Positions 1 to 8,058 of a stretch of 14,368 nt of DNA are shown piece after piece. The stretch's first letter is position 1; each line of letters opens with the position of its first letter. The translations under genes were made by a program, and so were the position numbers. This DNA comes from Candidatus Methylomirabilia bacterium (lineage in GTDB: Bacteria > Methylomirabilota > Methylomirabilia > Rokubacteriales > CSP1-6). The notes under the pieces are model-generated. The model worked only from the letters and a program-made list of their open reading frames with translations. It had not been told where the DNA came from and made no database searches. The DNA lies in assembly GCA_041496385.1 (NCBI GenBank), contig JBGQEL010000111.1, positions 1 through 14,368 of the forward strand, read 5' to 3'.

Positions 1-863
1 CTGCGGATCTCGCCCTCGGCCACGTTGAGCACGTCGGGCGCCAGGTGGCCCGCGTCCATCAGCTTCTGGATGACGCCCACCAGCTCGAGCACGTTCAGCG
101 GCGACTCGTTCGAGAAGTTGAACGCCTCGCCCGCCACCTGGTCGTCGTCGAGACACTCGCCCAGCCGGATGTAGGCGCGCGCGGCGTCCTTGACGTAGAA
201 GTAGTCGCGCACGTACGTGGACGCGCTCCGCACCGCGGGGCGCTCGCCGCGCAGGAAGGCCCGGATCGTCCCGGGCACGATGCGGCTCCAGTTCAGGTCG
301 CCGCCGCCGAAGATGTTCCCGCCGCGCGCGATGCCGACGCGGAGGCCGTAGGTGTGGTGGTAGGCCTGCGCCATCAGGTCGGCGGCGCTCTTCGAGACCT
401 CGTAGGGATGCGTCCCGGCGACGGGCATGTCCTCGGTGTACGGCAGCTCCGGCTGGGTCCCGTACGCCTTGTCGCTCGAGACCATGACGACGCGACGCAC
501 GGCCTCCGCGCGGCGCCGGCACGCCTCGAGGAGGTTCCACGTCCCGCGCACGTTCGTCTCGAAGGTCGGGAGCGGGTCCCGGTGGGCGATCCCGACCACG
601 GCCTGGGCGGCGAGGTGAAAGACCGTGTCGGCGCCGGAGTCGGCCAGGGCGCGCTCGAGCCCACCGAGGTCCTCGACGTCGCCCGGAACGACCGTGACGC
701 GCTCGGCGTCGCCGCTCCGGTAGAGCTCGGACTGCGGACGCGGCGTGCGCACGAGGGCGACGACGCGGGCGCCCCGCACGAGGAGCTCCTTCACGACCCA
801 CGAGCCGCTCATGCCGGTGGCGCCGGTGACGAAGACGCGGCGGCCCTGCCAGAAGCCCGTCAC
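1..863 (-). CDS. rfbG: CDP-glucose 4,6-dehydratase-like NAD-dependent epimerase/dehydratase (3' end runs off the window)
   Basis: Not in the ORF track; read manually. GTG at 863-861 overlaps the rfbF stop (GTGA). Translates as MTGFWQGRRVFVTGATGMSGSWVVKELL...SSDKAYG...PYEVSK...GNIFGGGDLNWSRIVPGTIR, showing a Rossmann Gly motif, the SDK motif and YxxxK. Lies directly downstream of rfbF. Confidence 0.85.
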   Translation of the reverse strand, partial: MTGFWQGRRVFVTGATGMSGSWVVKELLVRGARVVALVRTPRPQSELYRSGDAERVTVVPGDVEDLGGLERALADSGADTVFHLAAQAVVGIAHRDPLPTFETNVRGTWNLLEACRRRAEAVRRVVMVSSDKAYGTQPELPYTEDMPVAGTHPYEVSKSAADLMAQAYHHTYGLRVGIARGGNIFGGGDLNWSRIVPGTIRAFLRGERPAVRSASTYVRDYFYVKDAARAYIRLGECLDDDQVAGEAFNFSNESPLNVLELVGVIQKLMDAGHLAPDVLNVAEGEIR

Positions 864-1633
864 TCGCGCCAGACCTTCCAGGGCGCCTGGCCGCTCTCCC
901 ACAGGCTCTCGAGCAGCTTCAGGTCGCGCAGCGTGTCCATGCACTGCCAGAAGCCGTCGTGGCGGAAGGCGGCGAGCTGACCGTCCTTGGCCAGGCGCTC
1001 GAGCGGCTCGCGCTCGAGGTACGTCTCGTCCCCCTGGATGTAGTCGAGCACGCCCGGCTCCATGACGAAGAAGCCGCCGTTGATCCAGCCCTCGCCCACC
1101 TGCGGCTTCTCGGTGAACTCGCTGACCAGATCGCCGTCGAAGCGGAGCCCACCGAAGCGCGCCGGCGGGCGCACCGCCGTCACGGTGGCGAGCCGCCCGT
1201 GGCGGCGGTGGAGGGCGAGCAGCTCGGTCAGGTTCACGTCGGAGACGCCGTCACCGTACGTGAGCATGAAGGTCCCGTCGCGGAGCCAGCTCGAGAGCCG
1301 CTTCACACGTCCTCCGGTCTGCGTCGCCTGACCCGTGTCGACGAGATGCACGGTCCAGTCCTCGCGCTGGCCGTCGTGGGCGAGGACGGCGCCCGAGCCG
1401 AGCGAGACGGTGAGATGCGACTGGAGGTGGTAGTAGTCGAGGAAGTAGCGCTTGATGACCTCGCTCTTGTAGCCGAGCGCCAGGACGAACTCCGTGAAAC
1501 CCTGCGCGGCGTAGCCCCGCATGATGTGCCACAGGATCGGCCGGCCGCCGACCTCCACCATGGGCTTCGGGCGGATCTCGGTCTCCTCGCGCAGGCGCGT
1601 GCCGAAGCCGCCGCACAGCACGGCGATCCTCAT
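860..1633 (-). CDS. rfbF: Glucose-1-phosphate cytidylyltransferase (257 aa)
   Basis: True start is ATG 1633-1631 inside ORF 860..1879, overlapping the upstream stop (ATGA). Motifs: MRIAVLCGGFGTRLREETEIRPKPMVEVGGRPILWHIM, LTYGDGVSD, WINGGFFV, GFWQCMDTLRD, APWKVW. Confidence 0.95.
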   Translation of the reverse strand: MRIAVLCGGFGTRLREETEIRPKPMVEVGGRPILWHIMRGYAAQGFTEFVLALGYKSEVIKRYFLDYYHLQSHLTVSLGSGAVLAHDGQREDWTVHLVDTGQATQTGGRVKRLSSWLRDGTFMLTYGDGVSDVNLTELLALHRRHGRLATVTAVRPPARFGGLRFDGDLVSEFTEKPQVGEGWINGGFFVMEPGVLDYIQGDETYLEREPLERLAKDGQLAAFRHDGFWQCMDTLRDLKLLESLWESGQAPWKVWRE

Positions 1634-2382
1634 ACGAACCCGTAGGCGGACCAGCCGCCGTCCACGGTGAAGACCTCGCCCGTCACGAACGACGCGGCGT
1701 CGCTCGCCAGGAAGACCGCGGCCTCGCCGATCTCCTCGGGCGTGCCGAGGCGGCCCATCGGGGTCCGCCGGGCCAGGACGGCCAGGTCGAGGACCCCTCG
1801 CTCGGCGAGTCCCTTGACGAAGGGCGTCTCGATGTAGCCGGGCGCGATCGCGTTCACGCGCACGCCCGAGGCCGCCCACTCGATCGCGAGCACCTTGGTG
1901 AGCATGTTGGCGCCGGCCTTCGACACGCAGTACGCCAGGCGTTTGGGAAAGGCGAGCGTGCCGTTCACCGAGGTGACGTTGATGATGGAGCCCGACCTGC
2001 GCTCCAGCATCCCGCGACCGAGCTCCTGCGCCAGGAGGAAGTAGGCGTTCAAGTTCAGGTCGAGCGTGTAGCGATAGTCGGCCTCCGGCAGCTCCGCGGA
2101 CGGCGCCACGCGCGGCTGGCCCGCGTTGTTCACGAGGATGTCCACGCGCCCGCCGAGCGCGCGCGTGGCCTCACGGGCCATGCGTCGCGCCTCGTCGGAC
2201 CTCGAGAGATCCGCGGCGATCGCGATCGCGCCCGAGAGGTCCTTCGCCACCCGCGCGTAGTCCGCGCCGTCGCGCGCGCTGATCACCACGCGCGCACCCT
2301 CGCGCGCGAAGGCGCGGGCGATGGCGAGGCCGATCCCCTTGGTGGAGCCTGTGACGATCGCGGTCTTGCCGCCGAGCCTCAC
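1630..2382 (-). CDS. Classical SDR-family oxidoreductase (250 aa), probably NADP(H)-dependent; substrate unknown
   Basis: C-terminal part of ORF 1630..2841; likely GTG start at 2382-2380. Motifs TGSTKGIG, NNAG, YCVSK, VNAIAPG, VDGGW; Arg after beta-2 (ISAR). Confidence 0.9.
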   Translation of the reverse strand: MRLGGKTAIVTGSTKGIGLAIARAFAREGARVVISARDGADYARVAKDLSGAIAIAADLSRSDEARRMAREATRALGGRVDILVNNAGQPRVAPSAELPEADYRYTLDLNLNAYFLLAQELGRGMLERRSGSIINVTSVNGTLAFPKRLAYCVSKAGANMLTKVLAIEWAASGVRVNAIAPGYIETPFVKGLAERGVLDLAVLARRTPMGRLGTPEEIGEAAVFLASDAASFVTGEVFTVDGGWSAYGFV

Positions 2383-2392
2383 GCCGCCCCAG

Positions 2393-3205
2393 TCACTTCG
2401 ACCGGATGGATCTGAGGAAACGCACGATGATCCGGTTGACGGCGTCCGCCTGCTCGAGGAAGAACCCGTGACCGCCCGACAGGACGACGAGGCGCGCGCG
2501 CCGGAGACGCCGGGCGAGGTCCCTGGAGAAGGCGGGTGGCGTGAGGATGTCGTCCTTGCCGACCATGACGAGCGCCGGTACGCGGATGGCGGCCAGGCGC
2601 TTGGTGCGCGTCCCGTTCCAGGCGAGGATGCCGCGCGCCTGGCGCTCGATGGCCTCGGCCTTCGTCTGGTGCGGATACGCGAGGGACCGCTGGAACGCCG
2701 TCTCGACGTTCTCCTTCGTCGCGAGGAACTCCGGCGAGAAGATCCACGGGTAGAGCACGTGGCGGTACCGCTCCTCGATCGGCACGCGATACGCGAGCGA
2801 TACCCAGGCCTCGATCGCGTGGAGGAACCGCGCGTCGCCATCGGCCCACGTGCACAGCAGCGTCAGCGAGCGCACGAGGCGCGGGTGGCGGAGCGCGAGC
2901 TCCTGCGCGATGGTGCCGCCCATCGACGCGCCGACGACGTGGGCGCGCGCGATCTTCAGGTGGCGCAGCAGCCCCGCGGCGTCGTCGGCCAGCTGGCCCG
3001 TGGTGTAGACGGGCTCCGGCGGCAGGTCGGTCTCGCCCACGCCGCGGTTGTCGAACGTCACCACCTGGAAGTGCGGCGCGAGCGCCCTGGCCTGGAGGGC
3101 CCAGTTCACCGCGGGCGCCGAGAGGCCGCTGATGAGCAGGACCGGGGGGCCTTCTCCGCTGATCTCGTAATGCATGCGGATCTTGTTGATGATCGCGTAG
3201 GGCAT
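2393..3205 (-). CDS. Alpha/beta-fold hydrolase (PcaD/enol-lactonase-like); candidate intracellular PHA depolymerase or oligomer hydrolase
   Basis: DNRGVG motif, nucleophile elbow GASMGG, Asp in GKDDIL, His in GGHG. TGATG overlap with the upstream gene. The PHA role is inferred from context only. Confidence 0.88.
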   Translation of the reverse strand: MPYAIINKIRMHYEISGEGPPVLLISGLSAPAVNWALQARALAPHFQVVTFDNRGVGETDLPPEPVYTTGQLADDAAGLLRHLKIARAHVVGASMGGTIAQELALRHPRLVRSLTLLCTWADGDARFLHAIEAWVSLAYRVPIEERYRHVLYPWIFSPEFLATKENVETAFQRSLAYPHQTKAEAIERQARGILAWNGTRTKRLAAIRVPALVMVGKDDILTPPAFSRDLARRLRRARLVVLSGGHGFFLEQADAVNRIIVRFLRSIRSK

Positions 3206-4182
3206 CAGATCACCAGCGCGACCTTGATCGAGCTCTGATCCGTGTGGGCGGCGAAGGCCTCGCCGATCGCGCCGAGCGCGAAGCGGTGGGTGACGAGCGG
3301 GCGCGTCTGCACGACGCCGCTCGCGACGAGCCGGAGCGCCTCGGGGAACTCGTCCTGGTAGATCATCGAGCCCGTCAGCGTCACCTCGCGCCGCACCACG
3401 CCGAAGAACGACACCCGCGTCGGCTCGTGGGGCAGTCCGGTGAGCACGACGCGGCCGCCGGGGCGCACCAGCTCCAGGGCCTGCGTCACGGCCTCCGGCA
3501 CGCCCGCCGTCTCGACGACGAGATCCACACCCTCGCGTCCGGAGAAGCGGCGGGCGGCGGCATCGAGCGGCCCGTCGGCGAGGGCGTGGACCTCGGCGGC
3601 GCCGAGCGTCCGCGCGAGGTCGAGGCGCCGCCGGGTGCGGCTCACGACGAGGACGCGCGCGCCCCGCGCGCGCAGCACCTGCAGCGCGAGGAGCCCGAGC
3701 GTGCCCGCGCCGACGACGGCGGCGGTCTCGCCCGCCCTGGGCGCGCCGCGGTGCACCGCGCGCACGACGACGGCGAGCGGCTCCGTGAGCACGGCGTCCT
3801 CGTCGGTCACGCCGGCGGGGACGGCCCAGCAGCAGTGCGCCGGCACCCGCACCAGCTCGGCGAAGCCGCCGTCCGCGTCGATACCGACGGCGACGCGCGC
3901 GAGGCAGAGGTTCTTGTTCCCCTCACGACAGAGCGGGCACCGGCCGCAGGAGAAATTGGGCTCGACCACGACGCGCTCGCCGGTGGCGGCGAGCCGTCCG
4001 ACCAGCTCGTGGCCCATGACGCGCGGATAGTGGACCGGACGCTCCCCGGACCACATGCGGTGATCGGTCCCGCAGAGTCCGGCCAGGGTGACGCTGACGA
4101 GGACGTCGCCGGCTCCGGGTTCGGGCGCCGGCGCGGTCTCCACCCGGAGGTCGCGCGGGCCGTGGAGGACGGCAGCCTTCAT
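3205..4182 (-). CDS. Zinc-dependent medium-chain alcohol dehydrogenase (threonine/sorbitol dehydrogenase-like)
   Basis: GLCGTD and GHE catalytic Zn ligands, structural-Zn motif CGRCPLC-x7-C, EPLAV, GAGTLG Rossmann motif, C-terminal KVALVI. Confidence 0.92.
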   Translation of the reverse strand: MKAAVLHGPRDLRVETAPAPEPGAGDVLVSVTLAGLCGTDHRMWSGERPVHYPRVMGHELVGRLAATGERVVVEPNFSCGRCPLCREGNKNLCLARVAVGIDADGGFAELVRVPAHCCWAVPAGVTDEDAVLTEPLAVVVRAVHRGAPRAGETAAVVGAGTLGLLALQVLRARGARVLVVSRTRRRLDLARTLGAAEVHALADGPLDAAARRFSGREGVDLVVETAGVPEAVTQALELVRPGGRVVLTGLPHEPTRVSFFGVVRREVTLTGSMIYQDEFPEALRLVASGVVQTRPLVTHRFALGAIGEAFAAHTDQSSIKVALVI

Positions 4183-4195
4183 CGCGTCCAGGCTA

Positions 4196-4948
4196 TCATG
4201 CCGCCGAATGGCCGCCGTCGAGGAAGATCGTCTGACCCGTCATGAAGGACGACGCGGCCGACGCCAGATAGACGGCCAGCGGCCCGATCTCCTCGGGCCG
4301 CCCGATCCTCCGCATCGGAATGTCGCGCGTGAGCCGCTCGTTGATGCGCGGATCCGAGAAGGCGGGATCGGTCATGTCCGTCGCGAACCAGCCCGGCGCG
4401 ATCGCGTTCACTTGCACTCCGTGCCGTGCCCACTCCACGCCGAGCGCGCGCGTGAGGGCGATGACGCCGCCCTTGGTGGCGCCGTAGATCGTGTACCCCG
4501 GCAGCCCCACCTGTCCCAGGACCGAGGCGACGTTGATGACCTTGCCCGACTTCTGCGCGATCAGGTGGGGCGCGGCCGCCCGGCAGCCGTTGAAGACGCC
4601 CGTGAGGTTCACGTCGAGCATGAAGCGCCAGTCCTCGGACGTCATCTCGGCCAGCGGCGCGACTCTGGCGACACCCGCGTTGTTCACGAGGACGTCGAGG
4701 CGCCCGAGCTCGCGCACCGTCCGGCCCATCAACGCCTCGACCTCGGCGTAGCTGGCGACGTCGACCGGCACCACCACGGCCCGCCGGCCGGCGCGCTCCA
4801 CGAGCCGCGCCGTCTCCTCCAGGTCGTGCTTAGAGCGCGCGGCCAGCGCCACGTCGGCGCCGGCCTCGGCGAGCGCGACCGCGATGGCGCGCCCGAGGCC
4901 GCGCGAGGCGCCCGTCACCACCGCGGCCTTGCCCGCGAGCTGTGTCAC
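4196..4948 (-). CDS. Classical SDR-family oxidoreductase (250 aa; FabG/KduD-like), probably NADP(H)-dependent
   Basis: C-terminal part of ORF 4196..6637; GTG at 4948-4946 overlaps the fadD stop (GTGA). Motifs TGASRGLG, NNAG, YGATK, VNAIAPG, LDGG. Confidence 0.9.
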   Translation of the reverse strand: MTQLAGKAAVVTGASRGLGRAIAVALAEAGADVALAARSKHDLEETARLVERAGRRAVVVPVDVASYAEVEALMGRTVRELGRLDVLVNNAGVARVAPLAEMTSEDWRFMLDVNLTGVFNGCRAAAPHLIAQKSGKVINVASVLGQVGLPGYTIYGATKGGVIALTRALGVEWARHGVQVNAIAPGWFATDMTDPAFSDPRINERLTRDIPMRRIGRPEEIGPLAVYLASAASSFMTGQTIFLDGGHSAA

Positions 4949-6741
4949 CGATACAGCTCGTCGATGACGTTCATGTACTTGTTGGACACGACCTTGCGCT
5001 TGACCTTGAGCGTCGGCGTGAGCTCGCCGCCGTCGAGGGAGAAGTCCACGGGCAGCACGGCGAACTTCTTGATCTTCGCGTAGGACTGGAGCTGGGTGTT
5101 CTTCTCCTCGACGGTGCGGCCGACCCGCTCCAGGATCTTGGGATGCTTGACGAGCACGGCCGCGTCGGTGACGAGGAGCCCCTGCTCGCGCGCGAACTTC
5201 TGGAGCTCCTCCGGGCTCACGGTGATGAGCGCGACCGGGTACGGCTTGCGGTCGCCGTACACCATGACCTGGCTGATGAACGGGTCCGCCTTCAACAAGT
5301 TTTCGATGTTCTGCGGCGCGATGTTCATGCCGCCGGCGGTGACGATCAGATCCTTCTTGCGATCCGTGATGAACACGAAACCGTCCTCGTCGATCCGTCC
5401 GATGTCGCCGGTGTGGAACCAGCCGTCGGCCTCGAAGACCTCCTTCGTCGCGTCGGGCTGCTTGAAGTAGCCGCGCGTGGCGATGTTCGGCCCCTTGGCC
5501 AGGATCTCGCCGTCGGGCGCGATCTTGAGCTCGCACCCGGGCAGCGCCTGGCCGACCGAGCCGAACTTGTACTTGGTGACCCGGTTGAACGTGAGGGCCG
5601 GGCACGTCTCGGTGAGCCCGTAGCCTTCGAGCAGCAGGATCCCCGCGGCGTGGAAGAACTCGGCGATGTCGCGCGCCAGCGGCGCGCCGCCCGAGACGCC
5701 CCACTGGAGGCGGCCGCCGAGCGCCGCGTGGAGCTTGCTGAAGACGAGCTTGTGGGCGATCTTCCGCTTCAGCTCGAGCCCGGCCGGGATGGGCTGGCCG
5801 CGCTGCTGGTGGCGGCTCACCTCCCGCCCGACGGCGAGCGCCCAGTAGAAGATCTTCTTCTTCGCGGGCGAGCCGGCCTCGACGCCGGCGAGGATCTTCG
5901 CGTATACCTTCTCGAAGACGCGCGGCACGCTGCAGATGAAATGCGGCCGCGTCTCCTTCAGGTTGTCGCCGACCTTGTCCAGGTTCTCCGCGAACGCGGT
6001 CGTGAGGCCGTGCGCCACGCCCAGAAACGACTCGAGGCGCGCGAACGAGTGGGCCAGCGGCAGGAAGAGGAGATGGACCCAGCCGGCCTCCACGGGCGTC
6101 GCCTCCATCGACGCACGGACGGCCGCGACGTGGTTGCCGTGCGTCTGCATCACGCCCTTGGGCGGCCCCGTGGTGCCCGACGTGTACACGATGGTCGCGA
6201 GATCCTCGGGCTGCGTCGTCGCGACACGCTCGGCGAGCGTGGATTTGTGGGCGGCCTCGTGATCGCGGCCGATCCGCCGCAGCGTCTCCCAGGTCATCAC
6301 CATCTTGGGAGGCTGCGGCGCGTCGTAGCCGGTGATGACCACGATCTGCTCGAGGCCCGGCATCCGGTCGCGGGCCTCGAGGGCCTTGGCGAGCTGGGCG
6401 GGGTCTTCGACGATCAGGGTCTTGGCCTCCGAGTCGTTGACCACGTAGGCGATCAGGTCGGGCGGATAGCTCGGATAGACGGGCACGGTGACGCAGCCGG
6501 CGCTGAAGATCGCGAAGTCGGCCTGGACCCACTCGGCTCGGCTCCCCGACAGCAACGCGACGCGCTCGCCCTTCTGCCGGCCGAGCGCGATGAGCCCGAG
6601 GGCGAGCTCGCGCACGACGCCGCCGACCTCGCGCCACGTGTTCGTTTTCCAGCTCCCGCCCTGCTTGAACGACTGCGCCGGACGTTCGGCACTCTTCTCG
6701 ACGCGGTCCCAGAACAGGCGCGCCAGGGTATCTGTGGCCAT
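4945..6741 (-). CDS. fadD: Long-chain fatty-acid--CoA ligase (AMP-dependent synthetase, 598 aa)
   Basis: AMP-binding motif YTSGTTGPPKG, plus SVPRVFEK, EGYGLTET, GWFHTGDIG, DRKKDLI, ELTPTLKVKR. RBS AGGAG just upstream. Confidence 0.95.
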   Translation of the reverse strand: MATDTLARLFWDRVEKSAERPAQSFKQGGSWKTNTWREVGGVVRELALGLIALGRQKGERVALLSGSRAEWVQADFAIFSAGCVTVPVYPSYPPDLIAYVVNDSEAKTLIVEDPAQLAKALEARDRMPGLEQIVVITGYDAPQPPKMVMTWETLRRIGRDHEAAHKSTLAERVATTQPEDLATIVYTSGTTGPPKGVMQTHGNHVAAVRASMEATPVEAGWVHLLFLPLAHSFARLESFLGVAHGLTTAFAENLDKVGDNLKETRPHFICSVPRVFEKVYAKILAGVEAGSPAKKKIFYWALAVGREVSRHQQRGQPIPAGLELKRKIAHKLVFSKLHAALGGRLQWGVSGGAPLARDIAEFFHAAGILLLEGYGLTETCPALTFNRVTKYKFGSVGQALPGCELKIAPDGEILAKGPNIATRGYFKQPDATKEVFEADGWFHTGDIGRIDEDGFVFITDRKKDLIVTAGGMNIAPQNIENLLKADPFISQVMVYGDRKPYPVALITVSPEELQKFAREQGLLVTDAAVLVKHPKILERVGRTVEEKNTQLQSYAKIKKFAVLPVDFSLDGGELTPTLKVKRKVVSNKYMNVIDELYR

Positions 6742-6793
6742 ACGCTTCTCCTAACTCATTAATTTAAAAGGCCGCCTGACCGTATCACGGCCC

Positions 6794-6814
6794 AAATAAC
6801 GCAGTGCGATATTT
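6794..6814. promoter_or_regulatory. Palindromic operator-like site 1 (candidate PhaR box)
   Basis: AAATAACGCA-G-TGCGATATTT is a 10-1-10 inverted repeat with one mismatch. Core TAACGC-AGT-GCGATA (6797-6811), just upstream of the phasin -35. Confidence 0.6.
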
Positions 6815-6818
6815 ATTC

Positions 6819-6847
6819 TTGACCCGGATAACGCGGCGCGTTATATT
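6819..6847 (+). promoter_or_regulatory. Sigma70-type promoter for the phasin gene
   Basis: TTGACC (6819-6824), 17-nt spacer, TATATT (6842-6847), in an AT-rich intergenic region. Confidence 0.75.
6828..6844. promoter_or_regulatory. Palindromic operator-like site 2 (candidate PhaR box) in the phasin promoter spacer
   Basis: Perfect 8-1-8 inverted repeat ATAACGCG-G-CGCGTTAT filling the spacer and overlapping the -10 element. Confidence 0.7.
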
Positions 6848-6867
6848 GGGGCCCGAGGGACGAGCAC

Positions 6868-7368
6868 ATGGCGAAACCCGGAACGACCAAGACGAAACGG
6901 AAAATGCAGGAGGAGCGACCCATGATCGACGAGAAAAAGACCCAGGAACTGTTCGGCCAGCTCACGGGCAAGGCCGTGGAGACGATGACCGTGTGGGCCG
7001 ACGCCAACCAGCGCGTGCTGCGCGAGATGGTGGAGTTCGGCGCGGCCAGCGCCAAGGAGAGCGTGCGGCTCTACGCGGAGCTCCAGCAGAGCGCGATCGA
7101 GGCGCTGAAGGACTCGCAGGCGAGCGCCCTTCGCTGGCAGACCGCGTTGCAGGACGGCGCGAAGGATCCGGTCCAGCTCTACCAGAAGGCCGTCGCCGAC
7201 GGCGTGGACAGCGCGCAGAAGGCGTTCAAGGTCCTCGAGGCAGGCGCCCAGGCGGTCACGCGTTCGGCCGAGCGGCTGCAGACCTCGGCGGACCAGGCGG
7301 GCAAGGGCATCCAGGAGACCTACACGGCCGTCGTGGCGAAGATGAAGGACGTCTACACGCAGAATTGA
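6868..7368 (+). CDS. phaP: Probable phasin (PHA granule-associated protein); alternative start at 6922
   Basis: Small Ala/Gln/Lys-rich protein that looks all-helical and lacks enzyme motifs. Adjacent to phaR, with a strong promoter covered by operator-like palindromes. ATG 6868 (GAGGGA RBS) or ATG 6922 (AGGAGGAG RBS). Confidence 0.7.
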   Translation: MAKPGTTKTKRKMQEERPMIDEKKTQELFGQLTGKAVETMTVWADANQRVLREMVEFGAASAKESVRLYAELQQSAIEALKDSQASALRWQTALQDGAKDPVQLYQKAVADGVDSAQKAFKVLEAGAQAVTRSAERLQTSADQAGKGIQETYTAVVAKMKDVYTQN

Positions 7369-7391
7369 CCGGGCGGTGACTCCGCGAACCC

Positions 7392-7421
7392 GACGAGCGG
7401 CCCGGGACCGGGCCGCTCGTC
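7392..7421. terminator. GC-rich hairpin between the convergent phasin and phaR genes (possible bidirectional terminator)
   Basis: Perfect 14-bp inverted repeat GACGAGCGGCCCGG-GA-CCGGGCCGCTCGTC. No clear U-tract on either strand; overlaps the phaR stop codon. Confidence 0.6.
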
Positions 7422-7935
7422 ACTTCGCCTGACTCTTCTTCTTCTCCAGCCGATCCTCGAGCGAGCGCAGCCGTTCCCGGAGCGACACGACTTCTTCGCG
7501 CAGCCGGTCGGCGTCGGGTTCGCCGTCCCGCTTGGCCTCGGTGCGCGCCGCCGAAGCGGATAGTCCGGCCCCCATGCCGCCCCAGCCGGCGCGGCTCGCC
7601 CACTCCTGAAAGACCTTGTCCATCTCGCGCTGGCTGGAGACGACCCCCTCGAGGCTCGACTTCATCGAGCGCTGCACGAACTCCTGCCAGGCCTCACCGT
7701 GCTTGACGAGCTGGTGGAGGAAGGCGATCGGCAGGCCTCCTCGATGGTTCCGCTGGTTCTCGAGAATGATCTGCGTGAGCGTGACCGCGGTGAGATCCTC
7801 GCCCGAGGCGGCGTCGACGACCGAGATCTCCTTGCCCGCGCGAATCATTTCCTCGATCTCTTCCAGCGTGACGTAGCGACTCTCCTGCGTGTCGTAGAGC
7901 TTCCTATTCGAGTACCGCTTGATGACGTACGCCAT
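7420..7935 (-). CDS. phaR: PHA synthesis repressor PhaR-type DNA-binding regulator (171 aa)
   Basis: True start is ATG 7935-7933 with RBS GAGGAG. N-terminal IKRYSNRKLYDTQESRYVTLEEI...GEDLTAVTLTQIILE matches the PHB/PHA accumulation regulator DNA-binding domain. C-terminal coiled coil (LREEVVSLRERLRSLEDRL). Confidence 0.92.
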   Translation of the reverse strand: MAYVIKRYSNRKLYDTQESRYVTLEEIEEMIRAGKEISVVDAASGEDLTAVTLTQIILENQRNHRGGLPIAFLHQLVKHGEAWQEFVQRSMKSSLEGVVSSQREMDKVFQEWASRAGWGGMGAGLSASAARTEAKRDGEPDADRLREEVVSLRERLRSLEDRLEKKKSQAK

Positions 7936-7972
7936 GAGCGCTCCTCTGCGAGAGACTGATCCCGCGAAACTA

Positions 7973-8001
7973 ATGATGAATGGCTTAACACCCCGCGTCA
8001 A
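7973..8001 (-). promoter_or_regulatory. Probable sigma70 promoter of phaR with an overlapping candidate PhaR box (7986-8000)
   Basis: Minus strand TTGACG (8001-7996), 17-nt spacer, CATCAT (7978-7973). TAACAC-CCC-GCGTCA at 7986-8000 matches TRACGC-N3-GCGTYA with one mismatch. Confidence 0.55.
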
Positions 8002-8019
8002 GGGCCACCCGTCGGTGCG

Positions 8020-8028
8020 TGCTAGACT
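8020..8028 (+). promoter_or_regulatory. Possible extended -10 promoter element for phaB
   Basis: TG-C-TAGACT, 30 nt upstream of ATG 8059; no convincing -35. Confidence 0.4.
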
Positions 8029-8058
8029 GTGCCTTCCCCGCGGAGGAAGGAGCCGGAC

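Noticed and set aside
860..2841. N-terminal extensions of ORFs 860..1879 and 1630..2841
   Set aside because: They overlap upstream genes in other frames; family-typical starts are at 1633 and 2382.
4196..6637. Apparent 813-aa protein, or a FadD-SDR frameshift fusion
   Set aside because: The N-terminal part is an Arg/Pro-rich off-frame reading of fadD. The real SDR starts at GTG 4948, overlapping the fadD stop, which is ordinary translational coupling.
45..6762. Long plus-strand ORFs (45..980, 959..1645, 2321..3238, 3244..4245, 4088..5083, 4942..6762)
   Set aside because: They are antisense shadows of well-supported minus-strand genes, as expected in high-GC DNA, and show no recognisable motifs.
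6751..6790. fadD promoter or FadR box in the AT-rich stretch CTAACTCATTAATTTAAAAG
   Set aside because: A promoter is likely here, but the -10/-35 pairing is ambiguous (e.g. GTGATA-N16-TAAATT) and only a TCATT half-site is present.
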